The notes beneath the pieces are model-generated. The model made no database searches and had not been told where the DNA came from. It saw nothing but the letters and a program-made list of their open reading frames with translations. From Eledone cirrhosa (lineage: Eukaryota), in assembly GCA_964016885.1 (NCBI GenBank), contig OZ024744.1:121148001-121212000 (forward strand): a stretch of 64,000 bases of DNA. Reading direction: 5' to 3'. This document shows, one piece after another, positions 1-14,200 of the stretch. The translations under genes and the position numbers were made by a program. The first letter of the stretch is position 1. Each line of letters begins with the position of its first letter.

Positions 1-1
1 A

Positions 2-91
2 GGAATAGAGGTAGTTATGGATGTTGTGAAGAGAGATAGTGTGAGATGGTTGGGTCATGTGTTGAGGAAGGATAAAAGTGACTGGGTGAGA
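2..91 (+). mobile_element. Representative monomer: probable fragment of an RTE-clade non-LTR retrotransposon ORF (region C-terminal to the RT domain); not an intact element
   Basis: Translation GIEVVMDVVKRDSVRWLGHVLRKDKSDWVR fits the pattern 'G(I/V)..(I/V)...(I/V)...RLRW(F/L)GHV.R......V' that precedes the 'G.R.RGRP...W' motif in RTE-like LINE proteins. This is the only + strand frame without stops. Recognised from family knowledge; no search was run. Confidence 0.75.
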
Positions 92-1719
92 GGAATAGAG
101 GTAGTGGTGGATGTTGTGAAGAGAGATAGTGTGAGATGGTTGGGTCATGTGTTGAGGAAGGATAAAAGTGACTGGGTGAGAAGAATAGAGGTAGTGACGG
201 ATGTTGTGAAGAGAGATAGTGTGAGATGGTTGGGTTATGTGTTGAGGAAGGATAAAAGTGAGTCGTCGAGAGGAATAGAGGTAGTGATGGATGTTGTGAA
301 GAGAGATAGTGTGAGATGGTTGGGTCATGTGTTGAGGAAGGATAAAAGCGACTGGGTGAGAGGAATAGAGGTAGTGACGAATGTTGTGAAGAGAGATAGT
401 GTGAGATGGTTGGCTCATGTGTTGAGGAAGGATAAAAGTGACTCGGTGAGAGGAATAGAGGTAGTGATGGATGTTGTGAAGAGAGATAGTGTGAGATGGT
501 TGGGTCATGTGTTGAGGAAGGATAAAAGTGACTGGGTGAGAGGAAAAGAGGTAGTGATGGATGTTGTGAAGAGAGATAGTGAGATGGTTGGGTCATGTGT
601 TGAGGAAGGATACAAGTGACTGGGTGAGAGGAATAGAGGTAGTGATGGATGTTGTGAAGAGAGATATGTGAGATGGTTGGGTCATGTGTTGAGGAAGGAT
701 AAAAGTGACTGGGTGAGAGGAATAGAGGTAGTGACGGATGTTGTGAAGAGAGATAGTGTGAGATGGTTGGGCCATGTGTTGAGGAAGGATAAAAGTGACT
801 CGGTGAGAGGAATAGAGGTAGTGATGGATGTTGTGAAGAGAGATAGTGTGAGATGGTTGGGTCATGTGTTGAGGAAGGATAAAAGTGACTGGGTGAGAAG
901 AATAGAGGTAGTGACGGATGTTGTGAAGAGAGATAGTGTGAGATGGTTGGGTCATGTGTTGAGGAAGGATAAAAGTGACTGGGTGAGAGGAATAGAGGTA
1001 GTGATGGATGTTGTGAAGAGAGATAGTGTGAGATGGTTGGGTCATGTGTTGAGGAAGGATAAAAGTGAGTCGTCGAGAGGAATAGAGGTAGTGATGGACG
1101 TTGTGAAGAGAGATAGTGTGAGATGGTTGGGTCATGTGTTGAGGAAGGATAAAAGTGAGTCGTCGAGAGGAATAGAGGTAGTGATGGATGTTGTGAAGAG
1201 AGATAGTGTGAGATGGTTGGGTCATGTGTTGAGGAAGGATAAAAGTGACTGGGTGAGAGGAATAGAGGTAGTGATGGATGTTGCGAAGAGAGATAGTGTG
1301 AGATGGTTGGGTCATGTGTTGAGGAAGGATAAAAGTGACTGGGTGAGAGGAATAGAGGTAGTGATGGATGTTGTGAAGAGAGATAGTGTGAGATGGTTGG
1401 GTCATGTGTTGAGGAAGTATAAAAGTGACTGGGTGAGAGGAATAGAGGTAGTGATGGATGTTGTGAGGAGAGATAGTGTGAGATGGTTGGGTCATGTGTT
1501 GAGGAAGTGTGAAAGTGACTGGGTGAGAGGAATAGAGGTAGAGATGGATGTTGTGAAGAGAGATAGTGTGAGAAGGTTGGGTCATGTGTTGAGGAGGGAT
1601 AAAATTGATTGTGTGAGAGGAATAGAGGTAGTGATGGATGTTGTGAAGAGAGATAGTGTGAGATGGTTGGGTCATGTGTTGAGGAAGGATAAAAGTGACT
1701 GGGTGAGAGGAATAGAGGT

Positions 1720-4700
1720 AGTGATGGATGTTGTGAAGAGAGATAGTGTGAGATGGTTGGGTCATGTGTTGAGGAGGGATAAAATTGATTGTGTGAGAGG
1801 AATAGAGGTAGTGATGGATGTTGTGAAGAGAGATAGTGTGAGATGGTTGGGTCATGTGTTGAGGAAGGATAAAAGTGACTGGGTGAGAGGAATAGAGGTA
1901 GTGATGCATGTGGTGAAGAGAGATAGTGTGAGATGGTTGGGTCATGTGTTGAGGAAGGATAAAAGTGACTGGGTGAGAGGAATAGAGGTAGTGATGGATG
2001 TTGTGAAGAGAGATATTTGAGATGGTTGGGTCATGTGTTGAGGAAGGATAAAAGTGACTGGGTGAGAGGAATAGAAGTAGTGAAGGATGCTGTGAAGAGG
2101 GATAGTGTGAGATGGTTGGGTTATGTGTTGAGGAAGGATGAACGTAACTGGGTGAGAGGAATAGAGGTAGTGATGGATGTTGTGAAGAGAGATAGTGTGA
2201 GATGGTTAGGTCATGTGTTGAGGGAGGATAAAAGTGACTGGGTGAGATGAATAGAGGTAGTGATGGATGTTGTGAAGAGAGATAGTGTGAGATGGTTGGG
2301 TCATGTGTTGAGGAAGGATAAAAGTGACTGGGTGAGAGAAATAGAGGTAGTGATGGATGTTGCGAAGAGAGATAGTGTGAGATGGTTGGGTCATGTGTTG
2401 AGGAAGGATAAAAGTGACTGGGTGAGAGGAATAGTGGTAGTGATGGATGTTGTAAAGGGAGATAGTGTGAGATGCTTGGGTCATGTGTTGAGGAAGTATA
2501 AAAGTGACTGGGTGAGAGGAATAGAGGTAGTGATGGATGTTGTGAAGAGAGATAGTGTGAGATGGTTGGGTCCTGTGTTGAGGAAGGATGAATGTGACTG
2601 GGTGAGAGGAACAGAGGTAGTGATGGATGTTGTGAAGAGAGATAGTGTGAGATGGTTGGGTCATGAGTTGAGGAAGTATGAATGTGACTGGGTGAGAGGA
2701 ATAGAGGTAGTTATGGATGTTGTGAAGAGAGATAGTGTGAGATGGTTGGGTCATGTGTTGAGGAAGGATAAAAGTGACTGGGTGAGAGGAATCAGAGGTA
2801 GTGATGGATGTTGTGAAGAGAGATAGTGTGAGATGGTTAGGTCATGTGTTGAGGGAGGATAAAAGTGACTGGGTGAGATGAATAGAGGTAGTGATGGATG
2901 TTGTGAAGAGAGATAGTGTGAGATGGTTGGGTCATGTGTTGAGGAAGGATAAAAGTGACTGGGTGAGAGGAATCAGAGGTAGTGATGGATGTTGCGAAGA
3001 GAGATAGTGTGAGATGGTTGGGTCATGTGTTGAGGAAGGATAAAAGTGACTGGGTGAGAGGAATCAGAGGTAGTGATGGATGTTGTGAAGAGAGATAGTG
3101 TGAGATGGTTGGGTCATGTGTTGAGGAAGGATAAAAGTGACTGGGTGAGAGGAATCAGAGTGATGGATGTTGTGAAGAGAGATATGTGAGATGGTTGGGT
3201 CATGTGTTGAGGAAGGATAAAAGTGACTGGGTGAGAGGAATAGAGGTAGTGACGGATGTTGTGAAGAGAGATAGTGTGAGATGGTTGGGTCATGTGTTGA
3301 GGAAGTATGAAAGTGACAGGGTGAGAGGAATAGAGGTAGTGATGGATGTTGTGAAGAGAAATAGTGTGAGATGGTTGGGTCATGTGTTGAGGAAGTATGA
3401 ATGTGACTGGGTGAGAGGAATAGAGGTAGTTATGGATGTTGTGAAGAGAGATAGTGTGAGATGGTTGGTTCATGTGTTGAGGAAGGATAAAAGTGACTGG
3501 GTGAGAGGAATAGAGGTAGTGGTGGATGTTGTGAAGAGAGATAGTGTGAGATGGTTGGGTCATGTGTTGAGGAAGGATAAAAGTGACTGGGTGAGAGGAA
3601 TAGAGGTAGTGACGGATGTTGTGAAGAGAGATAGTGTGAGATGGTTGGGTTATGTGTTGAGGAAGGATAAAAGTGAGTCGTCGAGAGGAATAGAGGCAGT
3701 GATGGATGTTGTGAAGAGAGATAGTGTGAGATGGTTGGGTCATGTGTTGAGGAAGGATAAAAGCGACTGGGTGAGAGGAATAGAGGTAGTGACGAATGTT
3801 GTGAAGAGAGATAGTGAGATGGTTGGGTCATGTGTTGAGGAAGGATACAAGTGACTGGGTGAGAGGAATAGAGGTAGTGATGGATGTTGTGAAGAGAGAT
3901 ATGTGAGATGGTTGGGTCATGTGTTGAGGAAGGATAAAAGTGACTGGGTGAGAGGAATAGAGGTAGAGATGGATGTTGTGAAGAGAGATAGTGTGAGAAG
4001 GTTGGGTCATGTGTTGAGGAAGTATGAAAGTGACTGGGTGAGAGGAATAGAGGTAGTGATGGATGTTGTGAAGAGAGATAGTGTGAGATGGTTGGGTCAT
4101 GTGTTGAGGAGGGATAAAATTGATTGTGTGAGAGGAATAGAGGTAGTGATGGATGTTGTGAAGAGAGATAGTGTGAGATGGTTGGGTCATGTGTTGAGGA
4201 AGGATAAAAGTGACTGGGTGAGAGGAATAGAGGTAGTGATGCATGTGGTGAAGAGAGATAGTGTGAGATGGTTGGGTCATGTGTTGAGGAAGGATAAAAG
4301 TGACTGGGTGAGAGGAATAGAGGTAGTGATGGATGTTGTGAAGAGAGATATGTGAGATGGTTGGGTCATGTGTTGAGGAAGGATAAAAGTGACTGGGTGA
4401 GAGGAATAGAAGTAGTGAAGGATGCTGTGAAGAGGGATAGTGTGAGATGGTTGGGTTATGTGTTGAGGAAGGATGAACGTAACTGGGTGAGAGGAATAGA
4501 GGTAGTGATGGATGTTGTGAAGAGAGATAGTGTGAGATGGTTAGGTCATGTGTTGAGGGAGGATAAAAGTGACTGGGTGAGATGAATAGAGGTAGTGATG
4601 GATGTTGTGAAGAGAGATAGTGTGAGATGGTTGGGTCATGTGTTGAGGAAGGATAAAAGTGACTGGGTGAGAGAAATAGAGGTAGTGATGGATGTTGCGA

Positions 4701-5020
4701 AGAGAGATAGTGTGAGATGGTTGGGTCATGTGTTGAGGAAGGATAAAAGTGACTGGGCGAGAGGAATAGTGGTAGTGATGGATGTTGTAAAGGGAGATAG
4801 TGTGAGATGCTTGGGTCATGTGTTGAGGAAGTATAAAAGTGACTGGGTGAGAGGAATAGAGGTAGTGATGGATGTTGTGAAGAGAGATAGTGTGAGATGG
4901 TTGGGTCCTGTGTTGAGGAAGGATGAATGTGACTGGGTGAGAGGAACAGAGGTAGTGATGGATGTTGTGAAGAGAGATAGTGTGAGATGGTTGGGTCATG
5001 AGTTGAGGAAGGATAAAAGT
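1720..5020 (+). repeat. Higher-order duplication, offset 2335 bp (~1720-2670 repeated at ~4055-5005)
   Basis: ORFs 2017/4352, 2206/4541 and 2260/4595. Shared variants atgcatgtggtg, gatgaacgtaac, gatgcttggg and tcatgagttg appear in the same order. Confidence 0.88.
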
Positions 5021-8000
5021 GACTGGGTGAGAGGAATCAGACGTAGTGATGGCTGTTGTGAAGAGAAATAGTGTGAGATGGTTGGGTCATGTGTTGAGGA
5101 AGGATAAAAGTGACTGGGTAAGAGGAATAGATGTAGTGATGCATGTTGAGAAAAGAGATAATGTGAGTTGGTTGGGTCATTTGTTGAGGAAGTATGAAAG
5201 TGACGGGCTGCGAGGAATAGAGGTAGTGATAGATGTTGTGAAGAGAGATAGTGTGAGATGGTTGGGTCATGTGTTGAGGAAGTATGAAAGTGACTGGGTG
5301 AGAGGAATAGAGGTAGAGATGGATGTTGTGAAGAGACATAGTCTGAGATGGTTGGGTCATGTGTTGAGGAAGTATGAAAGTGACAGGGTGAGAGGAATAG
5401 AGGTAGTGATGGATGTTGTGAAGAGAAATAGTGTGAGATGGTTGGGTCATGTGTTGAGGAAGTATGAATGTGACTGGGTGAGAGGAATAGAGGTAGTTAT
5501 GGATGTTGTGAAGAGAGATAGTGTGAGATGGTTGGGTCATGTGTTGAGGAAGGATAAAAGTGACTGGGTGAGAGGAATAGAGGTAGTGGTGGATGTTGTG
5601 AAGAGAGATAGTGTGAGATGGTTGGGTCATGTGTTGAGGAAGGATAAAAGTGACTGGGTGAGAAGAATAGAGGTAGTGACGGATGTTGTGAAGAGAGATA
5701 GTGTGAGATGGTTGGGTTATGTGTTGAGGAAGGATAAAAGTGAGTCGTCGAGAGGAATAGAGGTAGTGATGGATGTTGTGAAGAGAGATAGTGTGAGATG
5801 GTTGGGTCATGTGTTGAGGAAGGATAAAAGCGACTGGGTGAGAGGAATAGAGGTAGTGACGAATGTTGTGAAGAGAGATAGTGTGAGATGGTTGGCTCAT
5901 GTGTTGAGGAAGGATAAAAGTGACTCGGTGAGAGGAATAGAGGTAGTGATGGATGTTGTGAAGAGAGATAGTGTGAGATGGTTGGGTCATGTGTTGAGGA
6001 AGGATAAAAGTGACTGGGTGAGAGGAAAAGAGGTAGTGATGGATGTTGTGAAGAGAGATAGTGAGATGGTTGGGTCATGTGTTGAGGAAGGATACAAGTG
6101 ACTGGGTGAGAGGAATAGAGGTAGTGATGGATGTTGTGAAGAGAGATATGTGAGATGGTTGGGTCATGTGTTGAGGAAGGATAAAAGTGACTGGGTGAGA
6201 GGAATAGAGGTAGTGACGGATGTTGTGAAGAGAGATAGTGTGAGATGGTTGGGCCATGTGTTGAGGAAGGATAAAAGTGACTCGGTGAGAGGAATAGAGG
6301 TAGTGATGGATGTTGTGAAGAGAGATAGTGTGAGATGGTTGGGTCATGTGTTGAGGAAGGATAAAAGTGACTGGGTGAGAAGAATAGAGGTAGTGACGGA
6401 TGTTGTGAAGAGAGATAGTGTGAGATGGTTGGGTCATGTGTTGAGGAAGGATAAAAGTGACTGGGTGAGAGGAATAGAGGTAGTGATGGATGTTGTGAAG
6501 AGAGATAGTGTGAGATGGTTGGGTCATGTGTTGAGGAAGGATAAAAGTGAGTCGTCGAGAGGAATAGAGGTAGTGATGGACGTTGTGAAGAGAGATAGTG
6601 TGAGATGGTTGGGTCATGTGTTGAGGAAGGATAAAAGTGAGTCGTCGAGAGGAATAGAGGTAGTGATGGATGTTGTGAAGAGAGATAGTGTGAGATGGTT
6701 GGGTCATGTGTTGAGGAAGGATAAAAGTGACTGGGTGAGAGGAATAGAGGTAGTGATGGATGTTGCGAAGAGAGATAGTGTGAGATGGTTGGGTCATGTG
6801 TTGAGGAAGGATAAAAGTGACTGGGTGAGAGGAATAGAGGTAGTGATGGATGTTGTGAAGAGAGATAGTGTGAGATGGTTGGGTCATGTGTTGAGGAAGT
6901 ATAAAAGTGACTGGGTGAGAGGAATAGAGGTAGTGATGGATGTTGTGAGGAGAGATAGTGTGAGATGGTTGGGTCATGTGTTGAGGAAGTGTGAAAGTGA
7001 CTGGGTGAGAGGAATAGAGGTAGAGATGGATGTTGTGAAGAGAGATAGTGTGAGAAGGTTGGGTCATGTGTTGAGGAGGGATAAAATTGATTGTGTGAGA
7101 GGAATAGAGGTAGTGATGGATGTTGTGAAGAGAGATAGTGTGAGATGGTTGGGTCATGTGTTGAGGAAGGATAAAAGTGACTGGGTGAGAGGAATAGAGG
7201 TAGTGATGGATGTTGTGAAGAGAGATAGTGTGAGATGGTTGGGTCATGTGTTGAGGAGGGATAAAATTGATTGTGTGAGAGGAATAGAGGTAGTGATGGA
7301 TGTTGTGAAGAGAGATAGTGTGAGATGGTTGGGTCATGTGTTGAGGAAGGATAAAAGTGACTGGGTGAGAGGAATAGAGGTAGTGATGCATGTGGTGAAG
7401 AGAGATAGTGTGAGATGGTTGGGTCATGTGTTGAGGAAGGATAAAAGTGACTGGGTGAGAGGAATAGAGGTAGTGATGGATGTTGTGAAGAGAGATATGT
7501 GAGATGGTTGGGTCATGTGTTGAGGAAGGATAAAAGTGACTGGGTGAGAGGAATAGAAGTAGTGAAGGATGCTGTGAAGAGGGATAGTGTGAGATGGTTG
7601 GGTTATGTGTTGAGGAAGGATGAACGTAACTGGGTGAGAGGAATAGAGGTAGTGATGGATGTTGTGAAGAGAGATAGTGTGAGATGGTTAGGTCATGTGT
7701 TGAGGGAGGATAAAAGTGACTGGGTGAGATGAATAGAGGTAGTGATGGATGTTGTGAAGAGAGATAGTGTGAGATGGTTGGGTCATGTGTTGAGGAAGGA
7801 TAAAAGTGACTGGGTGAGAGAAATAGAGGTAGTGATGGATGTTGCGAAGAGAGATAGTGTGAGATGGTTGGGTCATGTGTTGAGGAAGGATAAAAGTGAC
7901 TGGGTGAGAGGAATAGAGGTAGTGATGGATGTTGTGAAGAGAAATAGTGTGAGATGGTTGGGTCATGTGTTGAGGAAGTATGAATGTGACTGGGTGAGAG

Positions 8001-8299
8001 GAATAGAGGTAGTTATGGATGTTGTGAAGAGAGATAGTGTGAGATGGTTGGGTCATGTGTTGAGGAAGGATAAAAGTGACTGGGTGAGATGAATAGAGGT
8101 AGTGATGGATGTTGTGAAGAGAGATAGTGTGAGATGGTTGGGTCATGTGTTGAGGAAGGATAAAAGTGACTGGGTGAGAGAAATAGAGGTAGTGATGGAT
8201 GTTGCGAAGAGAGATAGTGTGAGATGGTTGGGTCATGTGTTGAGGAAGTATGAATGTGACTGGGTGAGAGGAATAGAGGTAGTTATGGATGTTTTGAAG

Positions 8300-11200
8300 A
8301 GAGATAGTGTGAGATGGTTGGGTCATGTGTTGAGGAAGGATAAAAGTGACTGGGTGAGAGGAATAGAGGTAGTGATGGATGTTGCGAAGAGAGATAGTGT
8401 GAGATGGTTGGGTCATGTGTTGAGGAAGGATAAAAGTGACTGGGTGAGAGGAATAGAGGTAGTGATGGATGTTGTGAAGAGAGATAGTGTGAGATGGTTA
8501 GCTCATGTGTTGAGGAAGGATAAAAGTGACTGGGTGAGAGGAATAGAGGTTGTGATGGATGTTGTGAAGAGAGATAGTGTGAGATGGTTGGGTCATGTGT
8601 TGAGGAAGTATAAAAGTGACTGGGTGAGAGGAATAGAGGTAGTGATGGATGTTGTGAGGAGAGATAGTGTGAGATGGTTGGGTCATGTGTTGAGGAAGTG
8701 TGAAAGTGACTGGGTGAGAGGAATAGAGGTAGAGTTGGATGTTGTGAAGAGAGATAGTGTGAGAAGGTTGTGTCATGTGTTGAGGAAGTATGAAAGTGAC
8801 TGGGTGAGAGGAATAGAGGTAGTGATGGATGTTGTGAAGAGAGATAGTGTGAGATGGTTGGGTCATGTGTTGAGGAGGGATAAAATTGATTGTGTGAGAG
8901 GAATAGAGGTAGTGATGGATGTTGTGAAGAGAGATAGTGTGAGATGGTTGGGTCATGTGTTGAGGAAGGATAAAAGTGACTGGGTGAGAGGAATAGAGGT
9001 AGTGATGGATGTTGTGAAGAGAGATATGTGAGATGGTTGGGTCATGTGTTGAGGAAGGATAAAAGCGACTGGGTGAGAGGAATAGAGGTAGTGACGAATG
9101 TTGTGAAGAGAGATTGTGTGAGATGGTTGGGTCATGTGTTGAGGAAGGATAAAAGTGACTCGGTGAGAGGAATAGAGGTAGTGATGGATGTTGTGAAGAG
9201 AGATAGTGTGAGATGGTTGGGTCATGTGTTGAGGAAGGATAAAAGTGACTGGGTGAGAGGAATAGAGGTAGTGATGGATGTTGTGAAGAGAGATAGTGAG
9301 ATGGTTGGGTCATGTGTTGAGGAAGGATACAAGTGACTGGGTGAGAGGAATTGAGGTAGTGATGGATGTTGTGAAGAGAGATATGTTAGATGGTTGGGTC
9401 ATGTGTTGAGGAAGGATAAAAGTGACTGGGTGAGAGGAATAGAGGTAGTGATGGATGTTGTGAAGGGAGATAGTGTGAGATGATTGGCTCATGTGTTGAG
9501 GAAGTATGAAAGTGACTGGGTGAGAGGAATAGAAGTAGTGATGGATGTTGTGAAGAGAGATAGTGTGAGATGATTGGCTCATGTGTTGAGAAAGTATGAA
9601 AGTGACTGGGTGAGAGGAATAGAGGTAGTGATGGATGTTGTGAAGAGAGATAGTGTGAGATGGTTGGGTCATACGTTGAGTAAGGTTAAAAGTGACTGGG
9701 TGAGAGGAATAGAGGTAGTGATGGATGTTGTGAGGAGAGATAGTGTGAGATAGTTGGGTCATGTGTTGAGGAAGGATAAAAGTGACTGGGTGAGAGGAAT
9801 AGAGGTAGTGATGGATGTTGCGAAGAGACATAGTGTGAGATGGTTGGGTCATGTGTTGAGGAAGGATAAAAGTGACTCGGTGAGAGGAATAGAGGTAGTG
9901 ATGGATGTTGTGAAGAGAGATAGTGTGAGATGGTTAGCTCATGTGTTGAGGAAGGATAAAAGTGACTGGGTGAGAGGAATAGAGGTTGTGATAGATGTTG
10001 TGAAGAGAGATAGTGTGAGATGGTTGGATCATGTGTTGAGGAAGTATGAAAGTGACTGTGTGAGAGGAATAGAGGTAGTGATGGATGTTGTGAAGAGAGA
10101 TAGTGTGAGATGGTTGGGTCATATGTTGATGAAGGATAAAAGTGATTGGGTGAGAGGAATAGAGGTAGTGATGGATGTTGTGAGGTGAGATAGTGTGAGA
10201 TGGTTGAGTCATGTGTTGAGGAAGTGTGAAAGTGACTGGGTGAGAGGAATAGAGGTAGTAATAGATGTTGTGAAGAGAGATAGTGTGAGATGGTTGGGTC
10301 ATGTGTTGAGGAAGGATGAAAGTGACTGGGTGAGAGGAATAGAGGTAGTGATGGATGTTGTGAAGAGAGATAGTGTGAGATGGTTGGGTCATGTGTTAAG
10401 GAAGGATAAAAGTGACTGGGTGAGAGGAATAGAGGTAGTGATGGATGTTGTGAAGAAAGATAGTGTGAGATGGTTGGGTCATGTGTTAAGGAAGTATGAA
10501 TGTGACTGGGTGAGAGGAATAGAGATAGTGATGGATGTTGTGAAGAGAGATAGTGTGAGATAGTTGGGTCATGTGTTGAGGAAGGATAAAAGTGACTGGG
10601 TGAGAGGAATAGTGGTAGTGATGGATGTTGTAAAGGGAGATAGTGTGAGATGCTTGGGTCATGTGTTGAGGAAGTATAAAAGTGACTGGGTGAGAGGAAT
10701 AGAGGTAGTGATGGATGTTGTGAAGAGAGATAGTGTGAGATGGTTGGGTCCTGTGTTGAGGAAGGATGAATGTGACTGGGTGAGAGGAACAGAGGTAGTG
10801 ATGGATGTTGTGAAGAGAGATAGTGTGAGATGGTTGGGTCATGAGTTGAAGAAGGATAAAAGTGACTGGGTGAGAGGAATAGAGGTAGTGATGGATGTTG
10901 TGAAGAGAGATAGTGTGAGATGGTGGGTCATGTGTTAAGGAAGGATAAAAGTGACTGGGTGAGAGGAATAGATGTAGTTATGGATGTTGGGTAGAGAGAT
11001 AGTGTGAGATGGTTGGGTCATGTGTTAAGGAAGTATGAATGTGACTGGGTGAGAGGAATAGAGGTAGTTATGGATGTTGTGAAGAGAGATAGTGTGAGAT
11101 GGTTGGGTCATGTGTTGAGGAAGGATAAAAGTGACTGGGTGACAGGAATAGAAGTAGTGATGGATGCTGTGAAGAGAGATAGTGTGATATGGTTGGGTCA

Positions 11201-14200
11201 TGTGTTGAGGAAAGATGAAAGTGACTGGGTGAGAGGAATAGAGGTAGTGATGGATGTTGTGAAGAGAGATAGTGTGAGATGGTTGGGTCATGTGTTGAGG
11301 AAGGACAAAAGTGACTGGGTGAGAGGAATAGAGGTAGTGATGGATGTTGTGAAGAGAGATAGTGTGAGATGGTTGGGTCACGTGTTGAGGAAGGATTAAA
11401 GTGACTGGGTGAGAGGAATAGAGGTAGTGATCGATGTTGTGAAGAGAGATAGTGTGAGATGGTTGGGTCATGTGCTAAGGAAGGATAAAAGTGACTGGGT
11501 GAGAGGAATAGAGGTAGTGATGTATGTTGTGAAGAGAGATAGTGTGAGATGGTTGGGTCATGTGTTGAGGAAGGATAAAAGTGACTGGGTGAGAGGAATA
11601 GAAGTAGTGAAGGATGCTGTGAAGAGGGATAGTGTGAGATGGTTGGGTTATGTGTTGAGGAAGGATGAACGTAACTGGGTTAGAGGAATAGAGGTAGTGA
11701 TGGATGTTGTGAAGAGAGATAGTGTGAGATGGTTGGGTCATGTGCTAAGGAAGGATAAAAGTGACTGGGTGAGATGAATAGAGGTAGTGATGGATGTTGT
11801 GAAGAGAGATAGTGTGAGATGGTTGGGTCATGTGTTGAGGAAGGATAAAAGTGACTGGGTGAGAGAAATAGAGGTAGTGATGGATGTTGCGAAGAGAGAT
11901 AGTGTGAGATGGTTGGGTCATGTGTTGAGGAAGGATAAAAGTGACTGGGTGAGAGGAATCAGAGGTAGTGATGGATGTTGTGAAGAGAAATAGTGTGAGA
12001 TGGTTGGGTCATGTGTTGAGGAAGGAAAAAAGTGACTGGGTAAGAGGAATAGATGTAGTGATGCATGTTGAGAAAAGAGATAATGTGAGTTGGTTGGGTC
12101 ATTTGTTGAGGAAGTATGAAAGTGACGGGCTGAGAGGAATAGAGGTAGTGATAGATGTTGTGAAGAGAGATAGTGTGAGATGGTTGGGTCATGTGTTGAG
12201 GAAGTATGAAAGTGACTGGGTGAGAGGAATAGAGGTAGAGATGGATGTTGTGAAGAGACATAGTCTGAGATGGTTGGGTCATGTGTTGAGGAAGTATGAA
12301 AGTGACAGGGTGAGAGGAATAGAGGTAGTGATGGATGTTGTGAAGAGAAATAGTGTGAGATGGTTGGGTCATGTGTTGAGGAAGTATGAATGTGACTGGG
12401 TGAGAGGAATAGAGGTAGTTATGGATGTTGTGAAGAGAGATACTGTGAGAATGTTGGGTCATGTGTTGAGGAAGGATAAAAGTGACTGGGTGAGAGGAAT
12501 AGTGGTAGTGATGGATGTTGTAAAGGGAGATAGTGTGAGATGGTTGGGTCATGTGTTGAGGAAGTATAAAAGTGACAGGGTGAGAGGAATAGAGGTAGTT
12601 ATGGATGTTGTGAAGAGAGATAGTGTGAGATGGTTGGGTCATGTGTTGAGGAAGGATAAAAGTGACTGGGTGAGAGGAATAGATGTAGTGATGGATGTTG
12701 TGAAGAGAGATAGTGTGAGATGGTTGGGTCATGTGTTGAGGAAGGATAAAAGTGACTGGGTGAGAGGAATAGAAGTAGTGATGGATGTTGTGAAGAGAGA
12801 TAGTGTGAGATCGTTGGGTCATGTGTTGAGTAAGGATGAAAGTGACTGGGTGAGAGGAATAGAAGTAGTGATGGATGTTGTGAAGAGAGATAGTGTGAGA
12901 TGGTTGGGTCATGTGTTGAGGAAGCATAAACTGACTGGGTGAGAGGAATAGAGGTAGTGATGGATGTTGTGAAGAGAGATAGTGTGAGATGGTTGGGTCA
13001 TGTGTTGAGGAAGGATAAAAGTGACAGGGTGAGAGGAATAGATGTAGTGATGGATGTTGTAAGGAGAGATAGTGTGAGATGGTTGGGTAATGTGTTGAGG
13101 AAGTATGATAGTGACTGGGTGAGAGGAATAGAAGTAGTGATGGATGTTGTGAAGAGAGATAGTGTGAGATGGTTGGGTCATGTGTTGAGGAAGCATAAAC
13201 TGACTGGGTGAGAGGAACAGCGGTAGTGATGGATGTTGTGAAGAGAGATAGTGTGAGATGGTTGGGTCATGTGTTGAGGAAGGATAAAAGTGACTGGGTG
13301 AGAGGAATAGAGGTAGTGATGGATGTTGTGAAGAGAGATAGTGTGAGATGGTTAGGTCATGTGTTGAGGAAGGATAAAATTGACTGGGTGAGAGGAATAG
13401 AGGTAGTGACGGATGTTGTGAAGAGAGATAGTGTGAGATGGTTGGGTCATGTGTTGAGGAAGGATAAAAGTGACTCGGTGAGAGGAATAGAGGTAGTGAT
13501 GGATGTTGTGAAGAGAGATAGTGTCAGATGGATGGGTCATGTGTTGAGGAAGGATAAAAGTGACTGGGTGAGAGGAATAGAGGTAGTGATGGATGTTGCG
13601 AAGAGAGATAGTGTGAGATGGTTGGGTCATGTGTTGAGGAAGGATAAAAGTGACTGGGTGAGAGGAATAGAGGTTGTGATGGATGTTGCGAAGAGAGATA
13701 ATGTGAGATGGTTGGGTCATGTGTTAAGGAAGGATAAAAGCGACTGGGTGAGAGGAATAGAGGTAGTGATGGATGTTGTGAAGAGAGATAGTTTGAGATG
13801 GTTGGGTCATGTGTTAAGGAAGTATGAATGTGACTGGGTGAGAGGAATAGAGGTAGTTATGGATGTTGTGAAGAGAGATAGTGTGAGATGGTTGGGTCAT
13901 GTTCTGAGGAAGGATAAAAGTGACTCGGTGAGAGGAATAGAGGTAGTGATGGATGTTGTGAAGAGAGATAGTGTGAGATGGTTGGGTCATGTGTTGAGGA
14001 GGGATAAAATTGATTGTGTGAGAGGAATAGAGGTAGTGATGGATGTTGTGAAGAGAGATAGTGTGAGATGGTTGGGTCATGTGTTGAGGAAGGATAAAAG
14101 TGAGTGGGTGAGAGGAATAGAGGTAGTGATGGATGTTGTGAAGAGAGATAGTGTGAGATGGTTGGGTCATGTGTTGAGGAGGGATAAAATTGATTGGGTG

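Larger units (their letters stand above)
1..7915 (+). repeat. Higher-order duplication, offset 5482 bp (1-~2430 repeated at 5483-~7915)
   Basis: Identical or near-identical ORFs at a constant offset: 15/5497, 593/6075, 668/6150, 2017/7499. Shared variants include ggaaaagagg, gatacaagt, gggccatg, atggacgtt and gagtcgtcgaga. Confidence 0.93.
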
